A DNA stretch of 64,000 nucleotides from an uncultured Chroococcidiopsis sp. (GCA_964248365.1 CAXTYC010000008.1:86492-150491); one strand, 5' to 3'; positions 11,360 to 21,718 are shown, counted from the first letter of the stretch. Numbers and translations: made by a program. The notes: generated by a model from the sequence alone, not told the origin.

Positions 11360-13012
11360 ATGGCAGCTTTAATTGAGTTTAATTTATTTGCCCCTTATAA
11401 CAAAGGAGCAAAATTAATTGGATCTTTTTCTAACTGGGAAGAAATCCCAATGGAAAAAGGTAAAGATGGTTATTTTCGGACTAAAGTTGAACTGGAAGAT
11501 GGCGTTTATCAATATAAATTCCGTGTTCAATCAAAATCTTGGTTCTTTGAACCAGACCAATGGGTAGACGTTGTAGATCCCTATGCAACAGACATTGATA
11601 ACCCTACTCAAAATGGCGTAGTGCGGATCAAAGATGGTGAAAGAATTGTCGATACTTATGTTTGGCAACATGATGACAAACCATTGCCACCAGACAACGA
11701 ATTAGTGATATATGAACTGCACGTAGGTGACTTCTCTGGTGGTGAAGACGATCCAGATGGTCATGGTAAATATAAAGATGCTGTCGCAAAATTAGATTAC
11801 TTGTGCGAACTGGGTATCAATGCAATTGAATTGATGCCAGTAAAAGAATATCCAGGCGATTATAGTTGGGGATATAACCCGCGCTATTTTTTTGCAACTG
11901 AATCTAGTTATGGCACAACTGAAGAGTTAAAAAATTTAATAGATGAATGCCATGCTAGAGGCATTCGCGTGATTATGGACGGAATTTATAATCATTCAGA
12001 AGCATCTAGTCCACTCACGCAGATTGACCATGACTACTGGTATCACCATTCTCCACGCGATCCTGATAATAACTGGGGACCAGAGTTTAACTATGAATTC
12101 TACGACGAAAATTTGAAGACATTCCCAGCACGGCGTTTTATTGGTGATACTGTTCGCTTCTGGATTCAAGAATATCACATTGACGGTATTCGCTTCGACG
12201 CTGCACGGCAAATAGCTAACTACGACTTCATGCACTGGATAGTTCAGGAAGCGAAAAACACTGCCAGTATGAAGCCTTTCTATACCATTGCCGAATATAT
12301 TCCTGAGACACCTAGCATCACCAATGCAGACGGTCCTATGGATGGTTGCTGGCACGAGAGTTTCTATCACTGCATTCGAGAACATATATGTGGTGACACT
12401 TTCGATTTAGAACGTCTCAAAAATGTCATCGACTGTAAGCGTCAAGGCTTCATGGGTGCAACTAATGTGGTCAATTACCTAACAAATCATGACCACAATC
12501 ATCTTATGGTAGAGTTGGGCGATCGCGGTATTTTTGACGAAGAAGCCTTCAGACGCATTAAATTGGGTGCTGCCATCCTAATGACGGCAGTTGGTGTACC
12601 CTTAATATGGATGGGTGAAGAGTTTGGCGAATACAGACGCAAAACATCTGATTCATCTAAAATTGATTGGAAATTGCTAGGCAACAACTTAAATCACGGC
12701 TTGCTTGAATACTACAAAGGTTTGGTTAACCTGCGTGAACACAATCATGCCCTTTATACAGAAAACATTGACTTCATCCATGAAAATCCAGAAGCCAAAG
12801 TACTAGCATACAGCCGTTGGAATGATCAAGGTTCCCGAATCGTTGTCGTGGCAAATTTCTCAGATAATTTCCTAGCTGGATATCTAGTTCCTAATTTCCC
12901 CGCACATGGTATCTGGCACGAGTGGACAGGTAATTATAACGTCGAATCTGGGGAACACGACATTATGCTTGACCTAGGTCCTCACGAAGCCAAAGTCTTT
13001 GTTTGGCAGTAA
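11360..13012 (+). CDS. GH13 alpha-amylase-family glycoside hydrolase with N-terminal CBM48-like domain (paralogue 1)
   Basis: IYELHVGDF, SWGYNP, DGIRFDAA, IAEY, NHDH. Confidence 0.92.
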   Translation: MAALIEFNLFAPYNKGAKLIGSFSNWEEIPMEKGKDGYFRTKVELEDGVYQYKFRVQSKSWFFEPDQWVDVVDPYATDIDNPTQNGVVRIKDGERIVDTYVWQHDDKPLPPDNELVIYELHVGDFSGGEDDPDGHGKYKDAVAKLDYLCELGINAIELMPVKEYPGDYSWGYNPRYFFATESSYGTTEELKNLIDECHARGIRVIMDGIYNHSEASSPLTQIDHDYWYHHSPRDPDNNWGPEFNYEFYDENLKTFPARRFIGDTVRFWIQEYHIDGIRFDAARQIANYDFMHWIVQEAKNTASMKPFYTIAEYIPETPSITNADGPMDGCWHESFYHCIREHICGDTFDLERLKNVIDCKRQGFMGATNVVNYLTNHDHNHLMVELGDRGIFDEEAFRRIKLGAAILMTAVGVPLIWMGEEFGEYRRKTSDSSKIDWKLLGNNLNHGLLEYYKGLVNLREHNHALYTENIDFIHENPEAKVLAYSRWNDQGSRIVVVANFSDNFLAGYLVPNFPAHGIWHEWTGNYNVESGEHDIMLDLGPHEAKVFVWQ

Positions 13013-13020
13013 AGACAGAG

Positions 13021-13111
13021 TGTAAGGTGGGCAATGTGGAGATGATGGCATCATGATTGATATTGGTTTTCACCAATAGACATATTGTAAGGTGGGCAAT
13101 GCCCACCCTAC
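13021..13111. repeat. REP-like element GTAAGGTGGGCAATGCCCACCCTAC, one partial and one full copy
   Basis: Palindrome with GTA/TAC ends; relatives at about 1790, 11051-11110, 23133, 25841, 30737 and 39797. Confidence 0.7.
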
Positions 13112-13380
13112 TATTTTGGTTTTTCCATCCGAAACAGGAAAATCATCAAGGCAACTACTCCCACCTGGAGGGCAAAGTTAGGTAGGGCGCTAGCTACTTC
13201 ACGTCCGGCGGCTAACTGGGTTAAGAAAATGAATGCGCCAATAAAACCAGAGGCTCCGAAAGCAACATAGACAAATTTTCTTAGTCCCTGGTAAGGGGCT
13301 GCTGCTTCTGCTTTCAATCGGGCATATTGTTCAGGTGTGAAACGCTTATCGCTGCGATTTTTTGAATTTTGCTTTATCAT
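13111..13380 (-). CDS. DUF3493-family small membrane protein
   Basis: RLKAEAAAPYQGLRKFVY followed by two TM helices. Confidence 0.75.
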   Translation of the reverse strand: MIKQNSKNRSDKRFTPEQYARLKAEAAAPYQGLRKFVYVAFGASGFIGAFIFLTQLAAGREVASALPNFALQVGVVALMIFLFRMEKPK

Positions 13381-13415
13381 AGAACTCTTAGATGGTATGA
13401 TTATAGATTGGCAGT

Positions 13416-13487
13416 GCCGATGTGGCTCAGTGGTAGAGCAATTGATTCGTAATCAATAGGTCGCGGGTTCAAATCCCGCCATCGGCT
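13416..13487 (+). tRNA. tRNA-Thr(CGT)
   Basis: GCCGATG/CATCGGC acceptor stem, TGG D-loop, anticodon arm ATTGA-TTCGTAA-TCAAT, GGTTCAAATCC T-arm. Confidence 0.96.
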
Positions 13488-13720
13488 TTTTCAAAACCGT
13501 TACTGGGTCTAGACTTTTAAGTATTGCTCAATTTAGCAGGGAGTAGGGAGTAGGAAAAGACAGCGAGGCAACAATTGATTCATAGTAAATTGAGTTGTCC
13601 TAATCTATTTACTCACTGCTATATTTCTAGTTCCCCCGCTGAGGCTCTAGCGAGGTCAACTCGTTACCCAGCTAGTGCCTGGTAACGAGTATTTGGATGC
13701 AGAGCATCGGGCAGATGGAA

Positions 13721-15631
13721 TTACAAAATTGTCGGGATTTCCTTCAAATAAACTCGACTAAAGGGTTCAGTCGCTCCCAATTCGTACTGTTCGATCAAAC
13801 CCTCGCGGCGAATTGAAGCATTATGTCCCTGCTTAATTACGACGGTAGAGCGATCGAAAATGTCCCGCGCTAGCATCATTTCGTTCTCTGTGGGATGATC
13901 TAGAACTACCATATTGCTACCGTAGTAAAACATCCCCTGCTGTTCCAGAACATCTTCCCTGTATTCGACAATTAATAAATCAAGTTTAGGATTACGCAGT
14001 AAGTTTTGCACATTGGTGTTGTAATCCTTCTTCATCACTTTCTGTGAGCGGTTGAGAAATACTGCATCACGACAAACAGCACCAATTGTCCAGTGGGGAT
14101 GCTGGAAAAGAATTTGGTCAATTGTTTCTTCGAGTTCTTCAACTGAGACTCGGTTGAAAGTAATAATTGGTATCCTTGCTTGTTCCCCTGAATCAAAAAA
14201 GGTTTCTAAGATCCGCGCAGGTACATCAACGCTTTCACCAACAGCAGGATTAAGATGCATAAAAATGCCTGGAGCGGCATTAATTTCAAGGATACTAAAG
14301 TTACCAGATTTCCATGATGTTGCCAGGTCTGGGGCAATTACATCAATTCCCAGGCAAGTAAGACGAAAATGTTGAGCAATGTCTTGCGCCAAGATAATGT
14401 TATCAGGATGAACTGTCGGCGTTGCATCTATACTCACTCCGCCAGCAGAAAGATTGGCTACTTTGCGTAGATACACAGTACGCCCCTCTTCCAGTACGCT
14501 GTCTAATGACAAGCCTTGTTCTTCTAGATACATATCCATTGCTTCGTCCACCTGGATCTTACTCAGCGGCGAAGTTGGTGTATCCATTCGAGCTGGTAAG
14601 CGGTTTTCGCGCTTGATCAGATCAGCTATAGCACTTTTTCCATCTCCTACAACCGATGCTGGACGGCGTTGGGTAGCAGCAACAAATCTGCCATTGACAC
14701 ATAACAAGCGAAAATCTGATCCAGAAATACTTTTCTCAACAATTATCCGCGTTGGTTGATCCTCTGGAATTGCTTTGACAGCTCGATTAAAAGCAGATTT
14801 TAGTTCCTCTGCGTCTTGCACATCAGCTGTCACTCCGATGCCTTTGTGTCCTTCCACTGGCTTAACTGCTACAGGATAACCAATGTCTCTTGCTACATCC
14901 AAAGCTCCTTCCCTGGTGGTCACAATATCACCTTGAGGTACTGGAAAGCCAAGGGTATTCAAAAAAGCCTTGCAGTCATCCTTGCGGGTAGTAAAATCTG
15001 AATCGAGATGACTATCGCCATCAAACGTTGTCGCTACACCACGAACTTGTTTTCTCCCGTAGCCGTATTGCATTAGTCCTTCATCCCACAAATAAAAGGC
15101 TGGGATACCTTTTTGGTAGGCTGTGCGTAACAAAGCATAGACTGTGGGACCGCCATAAACCGATTTGCGAAATAAGTTCTGAAGGTGCTTGATCTGCTCA
15201 TCCAAGGCGATATCAGAGTCTTGGGTAAGAGATTCAAACCAGTCCCAAACTAGGTAAACTATTCCCCGACTTGTCCGTTCGTGGATTGATTCAAAGCTAA
15301 TTCTGACAAAATCTGGATAAGGTTTTACACTCCAACGGTGGAAGTGCAAACCCATGTCCAGCTTGCCTACTTCTGATACTGTACGCGCAAATAAATCGGC
15401 ATGGGTAGAGTATTTTTCATCGCGGATATGAGGATAGCGATCGCCAATCTTCTCTATATATTCGTCGATGGGCAGAGGCTGCCTATACCCAGTTAGAGAA
15501 AAATCAAATGTACAAGCCGCCGTCTCTAAATAGGGGTTTGGACCAATGTAATGTCTGAAGTTGAATATATCGAATACATCGGTTTTTCTAGCGTTAACGC
15601 GAACGACATCGGTGCTTGTGTCAATAACCAT
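13721..15631 (-). CDS. cphA2: Cyanophycin synthetase 2 (CphA2, ATP-grasp beta-Asp-Arg polymerase)
   Basis: 636 aa; GPNPYL, VAVKPVEGHKGIGVT, ANLSAGG, EINAAPG; shortened C-terminal domain; divergent from a cyanophycinase. Confidence 0.88.
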   Translation of the reverse strand: MVIDTSTDVVRVNARKTDVFDIFNFRHYIGPNPYLETAACTFDFSLTGYRQPLPIDEYIEKIGDRYPHIRDEKYSTHADLFARTVSEVGKLDMGLHFHRWSVKPYPDFVRISFESIHERTSRGIVYLVWDWFESLTQDSDIALDEQIKHLQNLFRKSVYGGPTVYALLRTAYQKGIPAFYLWDEGLMQYGYGRKQVRGVATTFDGDSHLDSDFTTRKDDCKAFLNTLGFPVPQGDIVTTREGALDVARDIGYPVAVKPVEGHKGIGVTADVQDAEELKSAFNRAVKAIPEDQPTRIIVEKSISGSDFRLLCVNGRFVAATQRRPASVVGDGKSAIADLIKRENRLPARMDTPTSPLSKIQVDEAMDMYLEEQGLSLDSVLEEGRTVYLRKVANLSAGGVSIDATPTVHPDNIILAQDIAQHFRLTCLGIDVIAPDLATSWKSGNFSILEINAAPGIFMHLNPAVGESVDVPARILETFFDSGEQARIPIITFNRVSVEELEETIDQILFQHPHWTIGAVCRDAVFLNRSQKVMKKDYNTNVQNLLRNPKLDLLIVEYREDVLEQQGMFYYGSNMVVLDHPTENEMMLARDIFDRSTVVIKQGHNASIRREGLIEQYELGATEPFSRVYLKEIPTIL

Positions 15632-15945
15632 TAATTCTCTCCGTTTGGCGAAAACTTGCTAAAAATTCAGGGCAGCTGTTGAGTCGATCCTAACTTAGCA
15701 ATTTCTCTGTGCCAGGAAACGTCTTGAAAGCTCGACAATCATCTATTCGATGTACGGATTTTAGTATAGACGCAAGAGAGCAAAACATCTCAATGGCAAT
15801 TTAATTTGTTGCTCAAATAAGAAAAATTATAAAAAATCATATTTTATGACTAATGTATCTTGACAAATTTATAATTATCAGTTTAGTAAGCGTATTCACA
15901 CTTAATTAAGTATTATGACCTATTAAATTAGATAGACATATTAAC

Positions 15946-15961
15946 TGTATTACAAAATACA
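15946..15961. promoter_or_regulatory. Candidate NtcA box
   Basis: TGTA-TTACAAAA-TACA (GTA-N8-TAC) in the cphA2/cphB2 divergent region. Confidence 0.55.
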
Positions 15962-16035
15962 ACTTTGGAAGGGTGGCAATAGGCGGGCAAGTTTCATATA
16001 AATAAAGAATAAAAAACTTTTGGGATCAGCAGCAT

Positions 16036-16224
16036 ATGAATGGCACAATAGCTGATTTGAGACATGAAATTCGGCAACTTGCTGAAGAAGCTTTTCACCG
16101 GAAACTTATTTCCGGCTATGGCGATGGTCAAAATAACAACGAGTTTCAGGTTGTTTACAACGGCAAACCAAGGCATCTTTCCCTACAAGAGGCATACTCC
16201 TTCTTAAATAAGTTGCTCAAGTAG
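16036..16224 (+). CDS. Small hypothetical protein between cphA2 and cphB2
   Basis: 62-aa ATG ORF, LRHEIRQLAEEAFHRKLISGYGDG. Confidence 0.65.
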   Translation: MNGTIADLRHEIRQLAEEAFHRKLISGYGDGQNNNEFQVVYNGKPRHLSLQEAYSFLNKLLK

Positions 16225-16551
16225 CCAAATTGTAAATAGGTAACAAAATTGGAGTATGCTTATGTTTTGAGGAAAACATTGCTCAAAACATAATTAATAC
16301 TTCCCTAAAAAAAGCTTCTGATCTATCCCTTGGATTAGGGGTATTTTTTTGACTATACATTATTGAAAAATGCGAAAGTTAGTTAGCAAAAATCACCGTA
16401 AAGGATTTATTTAATACCAGCAAACATCTTTACTATACTTATTTTTATATTTCTGTATTAAGATCTACCGAATGGATGTTTTGACCAGCCCAATTATGAT
16501 GTTTTATTGAAATTGACAGTTTTACTAACTAAAAGCAATAGCAATATACTT

Positions 16552-17385
16552 ATGAGTGAACCACAAGGGCAACTGATGATTATTGGCGGTGCTGAAGACA
16601 AGCAGGGAGATTGCCAAATCCTACGGGAATTTGTTCGACGCGCTGGGGGAACCAAGGCTCGAATTGTCGTCATGACAGCAGCAACAAGCTTGCCTGAAGA
16701 AGTGGGTGATAACTATATCAGAGTGTTTGAGCGACTCGGAGCTGAGGATGTTCGAGTCGTTGATACCAAAGAGCGGAGAGATTCAGAAGATTCCAGAGCC
16801 ATAGAAGCAGTTGAGCAAGCTACTGGCGTATTTTTTACAGGGGGAGATCAAGCTCAAATCATCAGAGCAATGAAGGATACCCCGCTTGATGAAGCTATTC
16901 ACAGGCGTTATCAAGAAGGCATCATAGTGGGAGGCACAAGCGCAGGAGCTGCTATGATGCCAGATATCATGATCGTTGAAGGCGACTCCGAGACGAATCC
17001 TCGGTTTGACGTTGTAGATATGGGTCCTGGTATGGGCTTTTTACCTGGGATAGTAATTGACCAGCATTTCTCACAGCGCGGACGTTTGGGACGCTTAGTT
17101 GCAGCTTTGGCACAGCAACCTGCTGTTTTAGGATTCGGTATTGACGAGAATACCGCTATCCTAGTGAGAAATAACCAATTTGAAGTGATTGGTGCAGGTG
17201 CTGTCACCGTTGTGGATGAGTCAACGGTTACATATAGCAATGCTGATGAAATCTTAAAGGATGAGCCTTTGGCATTTTGCGGAGCAAGGCTTCATATTTT
17301 GCCCAATGGTTACAAATTTGACATGAAAACCCGCAAGCCTATCATAAATAATGGCACTGTACTAGCTGGTCAAGCAAGCGCCTAA
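16552..17385 (+). CDS. cphB: Cyanophycinase (CphB2-like)
   Basis: IIGGAEDK, FFTGGDQ, GTSAGA (Ser), DQHF (His), GIDENT (Glu). Confidence 0.93.
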   Translation: MSEPQGQLMIIGGAEDKQGDCQILREFVRRAGGTKARIVVMTAATSLPEEVGDNYIRVFERLGAEDVRVVDTKERRDSEDSRAIEAVEQATGVFFTGGDQAQIIRAMKDTPLDEAIHRRYQEGIIVGGTSAGAAMMPDIMIVEGDSETNPRFDVVDMGPGMGFLPGIVIDQHFSQRGRLGRLVAALAQQPAVLGFGIDENTAILVRNNQFEVIGAGAVTVVDESTVTYSNADEILKDEPLAFCGARLHILPNGYKFDMKTRKPIINNGTVLAGQASA

Positions 17386-17655
17386 TTTTTAGTAGCGTCA
17401 GCTAGACTTCAATAAATCTATAAATGTCTATATCCCTCCTAAGCCTTGATTGCAAACCTGTGCTAGGCAACCAGAAAGGTGAATTAAAGGAGGGATTTAA
17501 TTTATATATAGTTTGTGTGTTAATTAAGTAAATTTTAACAGGTGCGTCTGAAAAAAGTCGAAAGTAGTTAATGATACTTCCGTCTAGTTTCATTTCGTTT
17601 ATTGTTTTAATTAACTTGCAGTCAAAAAAGTAGCAGCGATCGCTTGCCAAAATCC

Positions 17656-17683
17656 AAAACGACCCAGATTTTATCCTGAGCCG
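17656..17683 (-). terminator. Intrinsic terminator downstream of the Gly/Ser/Thr-rich gene
   Basis: Minus strand CGGCTCAG-GATAAAAT-CTGGGTCG-TTTT. Confidence 0.6.
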
Positions 17684-17869
17684 CTGTTTAAGTGTGGGTA
17701 CGATGCGATCGCATCGGGAGAAGAAGTGCGATCGCTTACATTTTATCTGTGTGAGGATGTATCAGAGTGAATTCCAGTTCTAAGTGCTTCAACTCATGGT
17801 CTGCTGCTCTTTTTTATGCAGTAATAACCTGCACTTGAGACTTAATAACTTCCTTCACACTATCTTTAA

Positions 17870-18535
17870 TTATTGACCGCTGCCACCACTTGTGCCGCCA
17901 CTGCCGCCAGCAGATCCAGATCCGCCAGAACTGCCACCGCCGCCCATTGATCCACCATTCATGCCGCCACTGCCGCTCGGTTTATTAGCGCCTCCTGTAG
18001 GACTACCAGGGTTGGTGGTTGTGCCGCTAATTCCGTTATTGGTCGAACTGCCGCTAGTTCCGGTGCGGTGCTTTTTAGTGCCGCTGTGATGTTTCTTAGT
18101 ACCAGTTGAGCTGCTCGTACCAGTTCTGGTTGTACCAGTTCCGGTTGTACCAGTTGAGCTTGTACCACTTCCGGTTGTACCAGTTGAGCTTGTACCACTT
18201 CCGGTTGTACCAGTTGAGCCTGTACCAGTTGAGCTTGTACCACTTCCGGTTGTACCACTTCCGGTTGTACCAGTTGGGTCGCTCGTACCCATTCCGCCTG
18301 TACCACTTCCGCCTGTACCAGTTCCGGTTGTACCACTTCCGCTTGTGGACGAACCGCTACCCATTGAACCACCGCTACCCGATGACCCACTTCCACTGGA
18401 GGACTGAGCAATCAAAAGCTTAGAATTTGTATTGGGCTGTGCCAATACAGGGAGACTAAGTAAAGCACTAGCGCCTGCAACTCCTGCTAGGCAAGCAAGC
18501 TTTTTGAGCAAATTTTTATTATTGTGTCCGCTCAT
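17870..18535 (-). CDS. Secreted Gly/Ser/Thr-rich low-complexity protein
   Basis: Signal peptide KKLACLAGVAGASALLSLPVLAQ, then GTTGS/GTSST repeats. Confidence 0.8.
   Translation of the reverse strand: MSGHNNKNLLKKLACLAGVAGASALLSLPVLAQPNTNSKLLIAQSSSGSGSSGSGGSMGSGSSTSGSGTTGTGTGGSGTGGMGTSDPTGTTGSGTTGSGTSSTGTGSTGTTGSGTSSTGTTGSGTSSTGTTGTGTTRTGTSSSTGTKKHHSGTKKHRTGTSGSSTNNGISGTTTNPGSPTGGANKPSGSGGMNGGSMGGGGSSGGSGSAGGSGGTSGGSGQ
18105..18345. repeat. Coding 15-bp tandem repeat (TGTACCACTTCCGGT / TGTACCAGTTGAGCT)
   Basis: Visible tandem units encoding 5-aa repeats. Confidence 0.85.
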
Positions 18536-19105
18536 TAGATATCTCCTCACTAGTCATACTAAAAGATTTGGGGCTTTTGCACGCATCAGATCAAAATTGG
18601 ACAAAGTGTTAGTTACAACCAAAAAAAGAACTGACTAAGCGTATTGTTGAACTTGCTATTCAAGCCCACCGTTTAAAACCTAACTCGCTTGAGTTTCTTA
18701 CTCGTCTGCCAAAAGACGTATTTCGCCACAAGCAATCATCCCATAGCAGCTAGGATATTGGCAACAGTTAAACCTAAGAAAGTTGTTTTATATTTCTTTG
18801 CCAAGAAATAAATAAGACGTTTGCTTTTCCTACCTCAATTAGAGGCTAGACAAAGCAATAATGTTATCTACAAAGCTATTAATTAACCTTTAAAAGAAGA
18901 TAGCACTGCCTAAACCAAAGGGCTTGACAGCGATAAAAAGTCTAATTTGATTCTAACAGATTCTTCCAAATTTGAGTAGTAAGTTGTTAGCTCTAATTGC
19001 AAATTTGTGTAATTTTATTTATTTCTTAAGATAGAAGACGAGCTTCCCCATTCATGAAATAATACGGCAAATTTGTTTGTGATTTAGTCTTTTTAATGAG
19101 GGAAA

Positions 19106-20776
19106 ATGGCTGCTATTGAATTCGATTTGTTTGCTCCTAACAACAAAGCTGCTACGTTAATTGGCTCTTTTTCTGAAGGTCAAGAAATTCCAATGGAAAA
19201 AGGTGAAGATGGTTATTTTCGGACAAAAGTATCGTTAGAAGATGGGGTATATCAATATAAATTTCGCATTCAAACCAAAAGTCCAAATTTTGAATCAGAC
19301 CAATGGGTGGATGTAGTCGATCCTTACGCTACAGATGTTGATGACGAGAAGCAGATCGGTATAGTACGAGTTAAAGATGGTAAAAAAGTTGTTGATGCTT
19401 ATGTTTGGCAACATGACGATACACCGTTGCCACAAAATCATGAATTAGTAATATATGAAATGCACGTTGCAGATTTTACTGGTGGGGAAGTCGATCAGTA
19501 CAGACGAGGAAAATATGTAGATGCAATAGAAAAGTTAGATTATTTGAAGGAATTGGGAATTAATGCGATCGAGTTGATGCCAGTTAATGAATATCCTGGT
19601 GATTATAGTTGGGGATATAAAGTACGACACTTTTTTGCCACAGAATCCAGCTATGGTTCAACAGAAGATTTGAAGCGGTTTATTGACGAGTGTCATGGTA
19701 GAGGCATTCGCGTCATCATAGACGGAATTTATAATCACACTGATGAAGAATGCCCGTTAATGTTGATTGACCGAAATTACTGGTATTACAAGTATATGCA
19801 CTATCCCGAAGATCCCCAGAACTACTGGGGACCAGAGTTTAATTACGATAATTATGATGAAAAATTAGATGTTAAGCCAGCGTGGAAATATGTTGGAGAT
19901 GTGGTAAAATATTGGGTGGAAGAGTTTCATATTGATGGTATTCGCTTTGATGCAGTGCGCCAATTAGCGAATGATGAATTTCTAGAGTGGGTTGCCCAAC
20001 AAGCGAAAAAAAATACTGCACCTAAACCGTTTTACAACATTGCCGAACATATTCCAGATACAAGCAAAATTACGGCTCCAGAAGGACCATTGGATGCTTG
20101 CTGGCATGAAAGTTTTCGCTACTTTGTAGTTCCCCATATTTGTGGGGAAACATTTGAATTAGAAAGACTTAAGGAGGTTTTAGATCCTAAACGGCAAGGG
20201 TATGCAACTGCTATAAATGTAGTAAATTATTTGTCAACTCACGATCGCGAACACTTGTTTAGAGAGTTAGGTGATCGCGGCATTTTTGGCGAAGCAGCAT
20301 TTCGACGCGCCAAGTTAGCAGCTGTTATGTTAATGACAGCTATGGGTGTACCGATGCTGTGGATGGGAGAAGAGTTTGGCGAACACAAGCGTAAAAGTGA
20401 AACCGTAACTCAGCCCAAGAAAATAGCATGGGCTTTGTTGGAAAGACCAGAAAATCATGATTTATTTGAGCATTACAAAAGCTTGATCGCCCTACGTAAA
20501 AAATCTCCCGCGCTGCAAAGCGACAACATTGAGTTTTTTCACGAAAATCCAAATAACAAAGTGTTTGCCTTCGTGCGCTGGAACGATATGGGCGATCGCG
20601 TTGTTGTCATTGCCAATTTCTTCGCTCAAACCCTGAATGGCTATCAAGTTCCTCACTTTCCAGCTGCTGGTAAATGGCTTGATTGGCTGAGTAAATCCGA
20701 AATCGAGGCAACACAAGATAGACTAGCGATCGACCTACCAGAGTATGAAGCCAAGGTATTAGTTTACATAGCTTAG
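19106..20776 (+). CDS. GH13 alpha-amylase-family glycoside hydrolase (paralogue 2)
   Basis: Collinear with 11360..13012; DGIRFDAV, IAEH, STHD. Confidence 0.92.
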   Translation: MAAIEFDLFAPNNKAATLIGSFSEGQEIPMEKGEDGYFRTKVSLEDGVYQYKFRIQTKSPNFESDQWVDVVDPYATDVDDEKQIGIVRVKDGKKVVDAYVWQHDDTPLPQNHELVIYEMHVADFTGGEVDQYRRGKYVDAIEKLDYLKELGINAIELMPVNEYPGDYSWGYKVRHFFATESSYGSTEDLKRFIDECHGRGIRVIIDGIYNHTDEECPLMLIDRNYWYYKYMHYPEDPQNYWGPEFNYDNYDEKLDVKPAWKYVGDVVKYWVEEFHIDGIRFDAVRQLANDEFLEWVAQQAKKNTAPKPFYNIAEHIPDTSKITAPEGPLDACWHESFRYFVVPHICGETFELERLKEVLDPKRQGYATAINVVNYLSTHDREHLFRELGDRGIFGEAAFRRAKLAAVMLMTAMGVPMLWMGEEFGEHKRKSETVTQPKKIAWALLERPENHDLFEHYKSLIALRKKSPALQSDNIEFFHENPNNKVFAFVRWNDMGDRVVVIANFFAQTLNGYQVPHFPAAGKWLDWLSKSEIEATQDRLAIDLPEYEAKVLVYIA

Positions 20777-20936
20777 GGGCTAGAGGCGAGAGGCTAGAAT
20801 TACTCCCCCTCTCCCCCTTGCCCCCTTATCCCCAGAGGGGAAGATCGAGTTCCTCCTCTCCCACTCCTCCCCTCCCCCAAACAGGCTGTGATAGAATGAA
20901 AAACTGCTGCATTTTAGAGAAAAAATAGAGTAAATC

Positions 20937-21206
20937 ATGGCACTGACGCAACAGCGCAAACAAGAGCTAATTTCTGAATACCAAGTTCACGATACCGATA
21001 CAGGCTCCTCAGAAGTCCAAATCGCCATGCTCACCGAGCGGATCAATCGGCTGAGCGAACACCTCAGAGGCAATCAAAAAGACTTTTCTTCTCGGCGCGG
21101 ATTGTTGAAGCTGATTGGTCAACGCAAGCGCCTTTTATCCTATGTTCAGAAAGAAGACAGACAAAAGTATCAAGCTTTAATAACTCGATTGGGCATTCGA
21201 GGCTAG
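20937..21206 (+). CDS. rpsO: 30S ribosomal protein S15
   Basis: [32 protein letters not shown]. Confidence 0.98.
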   Translation: MALTQQRKQELISEYQVHDTDTGSSEVQIAMLTERINRLSEHLRGNQKDFSSRRGLLKLIGQRKRLLSYVQKEDRQKYQALITRLGIRG

Positions 21207-21220
21207 GGAGTATCAAGTTT

Positions 21221-21718
21221 ATGGCATCTGAATCAGAACCGAATCGATTGCCGTTTGAACCAGCCAAAAAGCGTAAAAAACCAGCAGCAAAAACAAAAAC
21301 GAACGCTCCACCTGAAGCTGTCAAAAAGCCAGAAAAAGCATCTGCTGCAAAAGAGACTAAACAGCCCCAGCAGGTGAGACGATATACTAAAGAAGAAATG
21401 GCTATTCCCAAAGTTGTGAGCGATCGCATGGCGCGGCGGGCAGCTTTGTTTAGTGGAACACCAACATTTTTGGGCGTAGCTACATTTTTTGTCAGCTATT
21501 TCATTGTTAGTCATGGCTGGGTTAAACTACCCAACGTTGCCGTCTTGCTAGTGAGCATGGGCTTTTTTGGCTTGGGTGTGTTGGGTTTAAGCTATGGTAT
21601 ACTCTCAGCTTCCTGGGATGAAGACAGACTAGGAACTAAGATAGGCTGGCAAGACTTTAAAGTGAACTGGGGAAGGATGGTATCAACTTGGCGCTCAACG
21701 AGACAAAAAAATGTCTAA
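21221..21718 (+). CDS. pam68: PAM68-family photosystem II assembly protein
   Basis: IPKVVSDRMARR, GLSYGILSASWD; located directly after rpsO. Confidence 0.9.
   Translation: MASESEPNRLPFEPAKKRKKPAAKTKTNAPPEAVKKPEKASAAKETKQPQQVRRYTKEEMAIPKVVSDRMARRAALFSGTPTFLGVATFFVSYFIVSHGWVKLPNVAVLLVSMGFFGLGVLGLSYGILSASWDEDRLGTKIGWQDFKVNWGRMVSTWRSTRQKNV

Noticed and set aside
13416..13720. tRNA-Thr as the attachment site of an integrated element
   Set aside because: No integrase and no duplicated tRNA 3' end were seen in the window.
18105..18345. Tandem repeat as a CRISPR or non-coding array; overlapping ORFs 17959..18411, 18106..18423 and 17892..18089
   Set aside because: There are no unique spacers; the repeats are explained by the signal-peptide-bearing Gly-rich ORF, and the other frames are shadows.
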